In this document: positions 57,316-64,000 of the stretch, piece by piece
How positions within the stretch are numbered: position 1 is the stretch's first letter
Layout: each line of letters begins with the position of its first letter
NCBI GenBank assembly: GCA_036398175.1
Contig: DASWHL010000137.1
Span: 8,295 to 72,294 of the forward strand
Length of the DNA: 64,000 nt
Source of the DNA: Gemmatimonadales bacterium
GTDB lineage: Bacteria > Gemmatimonadota > Gemmatimonadetes > Gemmatimonadales > GWC2-71-9
Direction of reading: 5' to 3'
Notes under the pieces: model-generated
What the model saw: the letters and a program-made list of their open reading frames with translations, nothing else
Database searches by the model: none
Told to the model about the DNA's origin: nothing
Position numbers and translations under genes: made by a program

Positions 57316-60300
57316 CTAGAAGCTCATCCGCACGCCGAAGTTGAAGCTCCGCCGCGCTCCATAGTAGCCCGCGCGATCGAAGTACGTCGTCGTCGTGCCC
57401 GGTCCGGCGGCGTTGCCCTGCCGGTTGCGGCTCTGGTCCACGGTCCCCGCGTCGCAGCGACCCGTCGTCGTGAACACCTGCTGGCAGTTGAGCTGATCCA
57501 GCAGGTTGTTGACGCGGAGGAACGCGCCGAGGCGCAGGTTGGTCAATGTGAAGTCCTTCGACAGGAAGGTATTGATCCGGAACGTCCCCGGGGCCCGCCC
57601 GCTGTTCTGCTCGAGCTGGTCGTTGCCGGCGCCGCCGAACGACGTGGTCGGCGTGTAGGGGAATCCGCTCGCCGCCTGCAACGTGAACGTCAGCGACCCG
57701 TTCCGGATGAGGGCGTCGAGGATGCTCTGGTTGAACACGTCTTCGTTCGCCACACGGAAGAACACCGAGGCATTGAACACGTGCGGCTGGTCAACCTCGG
57801 AGGTCAACTCCTGGAAGTTGACCGGGTCGCCCTCTTCGGACGTCCGCTGGAAGGCGTTGTCCGGCGCCGCGGCGTTGGTCGTCGCCTGCGCGAACGTGTA
57901 GTTGAGATTGAAGCCCCAGAAGTTGAAGAGCCGGCGCCGCAGGGAGATCTCAAAGCCGCGCACGGTCTGGAAGTCCTGGTTCACGATCACCGAATAGTTG
58001 TACTGCGCGTTTCCATACGTCGTCCCGACGTCGAAGACGTTCGTGCCGTCGGCCAGCCGTCCACCCTGGCGCACCCCGGAGAGCCCGAACTGGTCCTTCG
58101 AGAAGGCCAGGATCTGGAGGGCGAAGTTGTCGGCGATCTCCGTCGCGAAGCCGAGCTCGTAGGAGGTCGTCTTCTCGATCAGGAGGCTCGGATTCCCGAG
58201 GAACGACAGCGTGTACGTGTCGTTGAAGATGATCGGGTGGCACTGGTTCGTGCCCGGCACGACCGCATCCTCATCGCAGACGTTGCTCTGGTCGTCGTCG
58301 TAGCCGGCGACCGTCCCGATGCCCGAGTTCTGGTAGATGTTGTTGTACAGGGGGTTCTGGCTGTACCGGCCGAAGTTGAAGAACACCTGCGACCGCTCGG
58401 TGAGCGGGAAGCTCACGCCGATGCGTGGGCTGAACTGGGTGCGCGTCTTGCTCTCGGCGAAGTCGTCGAACTGCGCTTGCGTCGCCGCGCTGTCGAGCAG
58501 CACGCGATTCGCCGCGCACGCGGGGAACCCGGTGAGCGTCTGCGTCGGGTCGTCGGGATTGGGCGTCGTGTACGCGGCGATGCCCGCGACGTCTCCGGAG
58601 CACACCTCGCGGGCCGTGGTCCCGTTGGTCGGGTCCAGCGGATTCGCGAAGAACTGGCCGCCGGCCGCGCCGAAGTCGTACCGCAGCCCCAGCTTCACCG
58701 TCAGGAAGTCGTACTCGATCCGGTCCTGAATGTAGACCGCGCCGTCCCACGGCTGGGCCTTGTAGAAGGCCGGGACCACGAACACGTCGTTCGTGCCCTG
58801 GTTCCGGAACTCGCTGTACACCAGCCGGTGCGTCTGATAGAAGGCGCCCACCTGGACGTTGTGATGGTCGGTGGCCTGTCCCTGCACGTCCACCCGCCCG
58901 ACGTAGGTGTCGAGCTTTTCGCCGCCGAAGAACTCGTCGGTGCCGCCCGCCGGGTGGCCCGAGCTGATCCCCGAGCCGATGAACTGGTCGCCCGTGAAGT
59001 TCGGGTCGGAAAACTTGCTCCCGAGACAGATCCCCTGGAAGAAATTGCACGTCTCACGGCTCTGCCCGAACCAGCCCCCGGCGAGCTTGTAGAACCAGCG
59101 ACCGCCGATGGTGTGGTCCCACTTCCCCGTGAGCATGTCCCGCTTGACCTTGATCGAGCCCGGGATCACCGTTTCGAACCGGCCCGGCGAGAGCAGGTCG
59201 CCACCGCTCACCGCCAGCGAGTCTTCGAAGTTCTGGATGGCCGGTGCCTGGAGCTGGTTGAAATTGGTCAGCAGGTAGTCGAAGTCGAACGGCAGCCGCT
59301 GTCGCCGGTAGCTGATGTACTGGCCCGACAGTTTCATGGTCGGCTGGAAATAGTACGTCAGCTTGCTGGTGACGTCCGACAGGTTGTCATACCCGAACGA
59401 GCGCCATCCGGGGAACAGGTCCAGCCCGTTCTCGTTCCCGCCCGGATTCGAGTAATTGGTGACCAGCGTGTCGAACTCGAGCACGCGGTCCGCGCCGGTC
59501 TGGTTCCGGCCCGCCACCATGAAGCGGAGCGCGTTCCCGGTCCCGGGAATCGAGCCCGAGATGTAGCCCTGGTACAGATCGAAATCGGACAGCTCGTCCG
59601 GCCGGTTGCCGAGCGCGCCGCCGAGCGCCGAGGTCTGGATGCTCACCGCGCCGGCCAGATTCGTGCCGCCCTCGCGGGTCGCGATGTTGATGATGCCCGA
59701 GAGCGCGTTGCCGTACTGCGGTTCGAAGCCGCCGCGCTGGAAGTCCACCTGCTCGACCGCCTCGTTCGTGATGTCGAACGCCGGACCGCCGAACACGAAG
59801 TTGTTGATGGGAATGTTGTCAATGAGCGTCAGGGTCTCCCCATTGCGCCCCCCGCGGATGCGGACCGGGGTCTGGGGATTCCGCCGGGTGTCCGTGAACG
59901 AGATGATATCCGTGTTCTGCGGCACCTCGAGGAAGCCCTGTTGCAGCGCGAGGACGCCCTGGATGTTCGTCACCGGGAGTGCCTCGATTTCCTCGGAGCG
60001 GATGTTCGTGGCCGAGCCGGTCACACCCGGCTCCAGCAACGGCACTTCGTCCGCCGAGACCACGATCTCCTCGACGCCGATCGCGCCGGTGGGCGACAGC
60101 TCGGCATCCAGGGTGCGGGTCACGTCAATCTGGATGAACACGTTCCGGACTTCGGCGGTGTTGTACCCGATCCGCCGCACCAGCACGGTGTACGTGCCGG
60201 GGGGAACGTTCACCAGGAAGTACCGGCCGTTGGACGAGGTGAGGGCCGTGATCCCGGTACCCTGCAAGATCAACTGCGCACCCTCGAGGGGCGCGCCGGA

Positions 60301-60417
60301 CTGCGCGTCCGTGACGGTGCCGGTGAGCTTGCCGGTCTGTGCCTCCGCGGCCGGAACGGCCACCGCGAACAGCACGAACACCGCAAGCCCAGCCAAAAGG
60401 CGGGACATTGCGTGCAT
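57316..60417 (-). CDS. TonB-dependent outer-membrane barrel with N-terminal carboxypeptidase-regulatory-like domain (Oar/SusC-type)
   Basis: ATG 60417 (AAGGAG 8-9 nt upstream). Signal MHAMSRLLAGLAVFVLFAVAVPAAEAQ. GKLTGTVTDAQSGAPLEGAQLILQGT..SNGRYFLVNVPPGTYTVLVRRIGY. Plug region IEALPVTNIQGVLALQQGF..RIRGGR. About 1033 aa, ending FNFGVRMSF. Confidence 0.9.
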   Translation of the reverse strand: MHAMSRLLAGLAVFVLFAVAVPAAEAQTGKLTGTVTDAQSGAPLEGAQLILQGTGITALTSSNGRYFLVNVPPGTYTVLVRRIGYNTAEVRNVFIQIDVTRTLDAELSPTGAIGVEEIVVSADEVPLLEPGVTGSATNIRSEEIEALPVTNIQGVLALQQGFLEVPQNTDIISFTDTRRNPQTPVRIRGGRNGETLTLIDNIPINNFVFGGPAFDITNEAVEQVDFQRGGFEPQYGNALSGIINIATREGGTNLAGAVSIQTSALGGALGNRPDELSDFDLYQGYISGSIPGTGNALRFMVAGRNQTGADRVLEFDTLVTNYSNPGGNENGLDLFPGWRSFGYDNLSDVTSKLTYYFQPTMKLSGQYISYRRQRLPFDFDYLLTNFNQLQAPAIQNFEDSLAVSGGDLLSPGRFETVIPGSIKVKRDMLTGKWDHTIGGRWFYKLAGGWFGQSRETCNFFQGICLGSKFSDPNFTGDQFIGSGISSGHPAGGTDEFFGGEKLDTYVGRVDVQGQATDHHNVQVGAFYQTHRLVYSEFRNQGTNDVFVVPAFYKAQPWDGAVYIQDRIEYDFLTVKLGLRYDFGAAGGQFFANPLDPTNGTTAREVCSGDVAGIAAYTTPNPDDPTQTLTGFPACAANRVLLDSAATQAQFDDFAESKTRTQFSPRIGVSFPLTERSQVFFNFGRYSQNPLYNNIYQNSGIGTVAGYDDDQSNVCDEDAVVPGTNQCHPIIFNDTYTLSFLGNPSLLIEKTTSYELGFATEIADNFALQILAFSKDQFGLSGVRQGGRLADGTNVFDVGTTYGNAQYNYSVIVNQDFQTVRGFEISLRRRLFNFWGFNLNYTFAQATTNAAAPDNAFQRTSEEGDPVNFQELTSEVDQPHVFNASVFFRVANEDVFNQSILDALIRNGSLTFTLQAASGFPYTPTTSFGGAGNDQLEQNSGRAPGTFRINTFLSKDFTLTNLRLGAFLRVNNLLDQLNCQQVFTTTGRCDAGTVDQSRNRQGNAAGPGTTTTYFDRAGYYGARRSFNFGVRMSF

Positions 60418-60655
60418 CAGAAGTTTCTCCTTAAAAGGAACACAGGAGACGGTGGAAGGCCGACAACCAGGAATCGCTAAGCCCCTCCTTCCGAACGCAG
60501 GGCGCCGGCCGGCCGGCCGACGCGACGACACCGCGAACTCCATTCCGACTACCCGCCCGGCGCGGAACGCTGCCGAACAGGCTCACGGAACTGACGTTCG
60601 TATCATGCAGTGGCGCGAAGCGCCACGTTCTGGTCCCGCCAGGAAGGGTCGGTGC

Positions 60656-60789
60656 GGCCGGCGCCATGACGGCGCCATGGACCCATGCCGGCCAACCTAC
60701 GGGTCTCTCCGCCAGACCGCAAGAGGTCGGCAATCCCAGCCTCCGGTTTACTACGGATTGGTGCGGAGCGCCGGACCATGGCGCCGGCC
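60656..60789. other. 13-bp perfect long-range inverted repeat in the 400-nt divergent intergenic region
   Basis: GGCCGGCGCCATG (60656..60668) and CATGGCGCCGGCC (60777..60789). A second GGCGCCATGG copy at 60671..60680 could pair alternatively. Confidence 0.4.
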
Positions 60790-60814
60790 TCCGGGGCGCG
60801 CTATAGTGCCTGCG

Positions 60815-63043
60815 ATGGCCGGAGTTCGCAAGACCCCAGTATCGGCCGCCTGGCTGTTCGCCCTGTTCCCCCTGGCAAGCCCCGGGGGCCTGCCGGCGCA
60901 GCGGGCCGATGACGCGGTGGCCCGCGCGAGCCGGCTGGTCGCCGACGCGCTCCAGCTGGCCCGGTACGGAGATACCGCGGCGGCGCTCGCCCGCCTGGAG
61001 GAAGCCACCCGCCTGGCGCCGAACCTCGCGGACGCCCACTACCGGCGCGGCATGCTCCTGGCCCGGCAGGCGGGCACCGAGATCACGGACATGTTCAAGC
61101 GGCGCGCGGCGGCCGGGGCCCTCGAGCGGGCCATCCGGATCGAGCGGAACAACCCCGCCTACTATCTGGAGTTCGGCCGCCTGCGCCTCAAACAGGGGAT
61201 CGGCCGGCTGGACGCGCAGCGGTTCTTCGACCGCGCCCTGGCGGCCGCCCGGCAGCGGGGGGACCCGGCCCTCGTGGCGGAAATCGAGGCCGAGCTGGGG
61301 GACATCCACCACCGCCGCTTCCAGGCGCAGGACGGCCGCCGTTTCCTCACCGGGGACGCCGTCCAGTTCGATCCCGACGAGGCCGTCAATAATCCGCACT
61401 ACGCCAAGGACTTCCTGGCCCAACGCACCGCGGAGATCGCGGACGCCGGCGAGCTGGACCTGCGGCGGGCGGAGGCGCACTACTGGAGCGGCGTCAACGC
61501 CTGGCCCGCCCACGACCGCGCCAATGCGGGCCTGCTCGGGATCCTCCTGGACGAACAGCGCCTGGAGGAGTTCAACGAGCAGGTCCGGCGGTTCGTCGCC
61601 GCGGCCCCGCGGAACCCCCGGGCCCAACTCTTCTTTGGCCTGGGCCTGTGGCGACTGGGGCGGGCGGCGGAGGCCACGCGGGCGTTCGACCGGGCCCTTG
61701 CCGGACTGACCCCCGGCGAACGGAGCCAGCTGACGGATCTTTCCGTCATCCTCCGCCGAAGCGATGCGGACGCCTACCGGGCCCTGACCGCGGCCCAGCG
61801 CGCCGAGTTCGACCGAATCTACTGGGCGGCCGGCGATCCGTTGAAACTGACACCGGAGAACGAGCACCTGCTGGAGCACCTCGCCCGCGCCGCCTACGCC
61901 GATCTCCGCTTCTCGGCCCCCGAGCTTCACCTGCGGGGCTGGGATACGGACCGGGGCGTGATCTACATCCGCTACGGACCGCCCCCGGTCGTCGCCTCGT
62001 TCGCCCCCGAAACCGACGGACGCGCCCCGGACGTCATGGCCGTGGGCAAGATCACCACGGTCTGGTTCTACCCCGAGCGGAACCTCCGCTTCGTGTTCTA
62101 CGGGCCGCCGGGCTACAACTTCGCGCGGTTCGCCGGGGAGTTTCAGGCCTACGCCGAGGATACCCGGTACCGGCTGCCGGTGAAGTACGACAACGTGCCG
62201 GTGACCGAGGCGATGGACTCGATCCCGGTTCAGGTGGCGGCGTTCCGCGGCGCCGGCCCGGGGGACGCGACCGAGCTGGTGTTCTACGCGGGTCTGCCCC
62301 TGGCGCAGATGGCCGAGGGCGTGGACCTGGCCGAGGGCCCGATCGAGCACGGCCTGTTCATCACCGACCCCCTCGAGCGCGAGGTCACGGTGGAGCGCCG
62401 GCAGGAGACGATGCGCTTCCGCTCCGAAACCCAGTTCGAGCAGCGGACGTTCACCAGTGCCCTGGCCGCCGGCCAGTACCGGTTCCGGGTCGAGGCCCGC
62501 CAGCCGACGACGCGGCGCGCGGCGCGCGGCGCCGACCGCTTGGACGTGGACGACTTCAACCGCTCCGCGCTCATGCTGAGCGACGTCGTGATGGCGGACC
62601 GGGTGGCCCCGCGGACCGCCGCCCTGACCGGACGCCGGGACTTCCTGCTGGATCCCAACCCCGCGATGCGCTTCACACCCGGCGGCGAGGTCCACCTGTT
62701 CTGGGAAACGTACAACCTGACGCTCGACAGCCTCGGCACCTTCTGGTATGACGCGGAGATCGTGCTCCGGGTGCAGTCCATCGAGCGGCGCGGGTTCGCC
62801 GCCCGCGTCGTGGGCGGGATGCTCGACGCGATCGGGACGACCGCCAAGGGCGACGACCAGGTCTCCGTCCGGTACGAGGTGCGGGAGACACTCGGCGAGC
62901 GCGACCGCGTGCCCGGCTGGCTCGCGGTGGATCTGGAGGACGCCCCCAACGGCACGTACGTCCTGGAGCTCGTCCTCACCGACCGGCTCTCCGGCCAGAG
63001 TGCCGTCCGCCGGCGGGTGTTCACCGTCAGCGACGTGCCATGA
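60815..63043 (+). CDS. GWxTD domain protein with TPR-like N-terminal region
   Basis: Real part of track ORF 59606..63043, ATG 60815. Signal MAGVRKTPVSAAWLFALFPLASPGGLPAQ. TPR-like helices. Motif LRGWDTDRGVIYIRYGPP. Confidence 0.8.
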   Translation: MAGVRKTPVSAAWLFALFPLASPGGLPAQRADDAVARASRLVADALQLARYGDTAAALARLEEATRLAPNLADAHYRRGMLLARQAGTEITDMFKRRAAAGALERAIRIERNNPAYYLEFGRLRLKQGIGRLDAQRFFDRALAAARQRGDPALVAEIEAELGDIHHRRFQAQDGRRFLTGDAVQFDPDEAVNNPHYAKDFLAQRTAEIADAGELDLRRAEAHYWSGVNAWPAHDRANAGLLGILLDEQRLEEFNEQVRRFVAAAPRNPRAQLFFGLGLWRLGRAAEATRAFDRALAGLTPGERSQLTDLSVILRRSDADAYRALTAAQRAEFDRIYWAAGDPLKLTPENEHLLEHLARAAYADLRFSAPELHLRGWDTDRGVIYIRYGPPPVVASFAPETDGRAPDVMAVGKITTVWFYPERNLRFVFYGPPGYNFARFAGEFQAYAEDTRYRLPVKYDNVPVTEAMDSIPVQVAAFRGAGPGDATELVFYAGLPLAQMAEGVDLAEGPIEHGLFITDPLEREVTVERRQETMRFRSETQFEQRTFTSALAAGQYRFRVEARQPTTRRAARGADRLDVDDFNRSALMLSDVVMADRVAPRTAALTGRRDFLLDPNPAMRFTPGGEVHLFWETYNLTLDSLGTFWYDAEIVLRVQSIERRGFAARVVGGMLDAIGTTAKGDDQVSVRYEVRETLGERDRVPGWLAVDLEDAPNGTYVLELVLTDRLSGQSAVRRRVFTVSDVP

Positions 63044-64000
63044 CGCGGGCGCTCTGCGTCGCCCTGGCGCTCACGGTGACCACGGCGCCGCTCCAGGCGC
63101 AGGGTGGCCGCATCCCTCGGAAATGGTTCATGGCCGGGGTCGGCGCCCTCCTGACCGGCACGATGGCGGCCGGGTATGCCCTCGCCTTCGACCGAGACGT
63201 GGGCGGCTGCTCGCGGGTGGCGTGCGTCACCCCGATCAGCGTGGCGCTCGGCGGCCTCGTCGGCTTCATGATCGGCAAGGAGATGGACGACCTCTACGCC
63301 GTGCGCTACAGTCACGCGCCTCCGATCAAGCTGCGCGGCCGCGAGCTGCCGCTCAGCCTGATCCCGAACGACGTGAGCGTCCACGACAGCACCATCCTGA
63401 TCACCGGGGCCGACGGCGTCGAGCTGGTCCAGGTCGGGCCCGCCCTGGAGCGGCTCGGGCTGCGGGCACGGGGGCTGCGTGGCATCGGCGCGGTGATGGC
63501 CCATGACCGCCGGAACCTGCTGCTGGTGGGCTCCGCGGTGGGCCTGTACCGCTTTCCGCTCCGCGGCGAGGACCCCGGGACCTTGGCGTATCAGGGGGAA
63601 ATCTCGGCCGTCGGGGGGCAGGGCTCTGCTCTGCTGCTGGGACTCGGGCTCGGCGTGCAGCTCGCGCGCGTCCGCGACTCGGTCGAGGTGATGGGACCGA
63701 GCCTCGCCGAACACGCCCGGGTCGTGGACGTGGCATGGCAGGACCCGCAGACCGTCTGGGTGCTCACGGAGGAACGGCTCGCCGCGTACTCCGTGGACGG
63801 AGACTCCCTCGCGTTGCGCGGGACGCTCGAGTTTCCGTTCCTGGGGCGCCGCGTGACCATCGCCGGGTCCACGGCGCTCGTCTCCGCGGGATCGGGCGGC
63901 CTGTACGCGATTGACATCCGCAACCCGGACGCGCCGGCCGAGATCGCCAATTGGAGCGGCGCCCGGTTCGTCTACGATGCCGCGTGGCGGGACGGCACGG
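63040..64000 (+). CDS. membrane-anchored beta-propeller-like protein (LVIVD-repeat-like), partial, runs off window end
   Basis: ATG 63040 (ATGA overlap with the GWxTD stop). My own translation is open to the window end: MTRALCVALALTVTTAPLQAQG, two hydrophobic helices, later GGLYAIDIRNPDAPAEIANW. Absent from the ORF track because it is open-ended. Confidence 0.6.
   Translation, partial: MTRALCVALALTVTTAPLQAQGGRIPRKWFMAGVGALLTGTMAAGYALAFDRDVGGCSRVACVTPISVALGGLVGFMIGKEMDDLYAVRYSHAPPIKLRGRELPLSLIPNDVSVHDSTILITGADGVELVQVGPALERLGLRARGLRGIGAVMAHDRRNLLLVGSAVGLYRFPLRGEDPGTLAYQGEISAVGGQGSALLLGLGLGVQLARVRDSVEVMGPSLAEHARVVDVAWQDPQTVWVLTEERLAAYSVDGDSLALRGTLEFPFLGRRVTIAGSTALVSAGSGGLYAIDIRNPDAPAEIANWSGARFVYDAAWRDGT

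Noticed and set aside
55825-60480. 1551-aa ORF antisense to the TonB-dependent barrel and part of the giant protein
   Set aside because: Same artefact: Arg/Val/Glu/Pro-rich, no domain-like segments, and the opposite strand encodes clear signal-peptide/plug/barrel features.
60505-60519. (CCGG)n tetranucleotide run as a phase-variation switch for the outer-membrane operon
   Set aside because: There are only 3-4 units, in a genome where GC palindromes are common. It is kept only as part of the description of the intergenic region.
60418-60700. Cobalamin riboswitch upstream of the TonB-dependent barrel (minus strand)
   Set aside because: I reverse-complemented the leader and found only an isolated GCCACTG. 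The GGGAA...GGTG...AATCC core and a B12 box (AGYCMGGAGACCKGCC-like) are absent.
60700-60790. c-di-GMP-I (GEMM-I)-like stretch CGCAAGAGG...AGCCTCCGG on the plus strand
   Set aside because: Only the short AGCCTCCGG and CGCAA fragments resemble the Vc2-type consensus. The GGCAAACC half and the paired P1/P2 architecture cannot be built.

Overview
Gene-dense, very GC-rich chromosomal segment (roughly 70% GC by eye, not computed) with about 55 protein-coding genes. I recognise no rRNA, tRNA, CRISPR array, transposase or integrase. Many adjacent genes are joined by ATGA/GTGA/TTGA start-stop overlaps. The six-frame track is full of long Arg/Pro/Gly-rich antisense ORFs typical of high-GC DNA, and I ignored them. 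The gene content (PorV-like barrels, T9SS-type C-terminal sorting domains, a GWxTD protein, an Oar/SusC-type TonB-dependent barrel, DUF3108) suggests an FCB-group bacterium such as Gemmatimonadota; this is inference only. Left to right the window holds: (1) a minus-strand block of DmpA-like peptidase, aminotransferase, small ORF and O-methyltransferase, then nurA-herA-(exported protein)-sbcD-sbcC; (2) a DbpA-like protein with every ATPase motif ablated; (3) hup, tdk and coaE; (4) gcvH-gcvP plus an LplA/LipM-like transferase; (5) a 4-gene peptide-type ABC importer with no binding protein; (6) a small zinc-ribbon / PspA-like / RemA-like operon; (7) a lipoprotein plus a soluble hybrid histidine kinase; (8) GT2 plus DUF3108; (9) a lipA-pdhABC-lpd-lipB supra-operon; (10) an M20 peptidase and gdh; (11) a protease / PorV-like / aminopeptidase trio; (12) dnaE-accA-PSP1-metG-M23. 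Most interesting is a 10.4-kb five-gene outer-membrane operon: a TonB-dependent barrel, a 1392-aa Cys-paired giant with a T9SS-type CTD, PorV, a small barrel and a lipoprotein. It is divergent from a GWxTD / propeller-like pair across a 400-nt repeat-rich intergenic region. Start codons are best guesses from translational coupling, SD-like tracts and family-typical N-termini. All family calls come from motif recognition by eye, not from searches.
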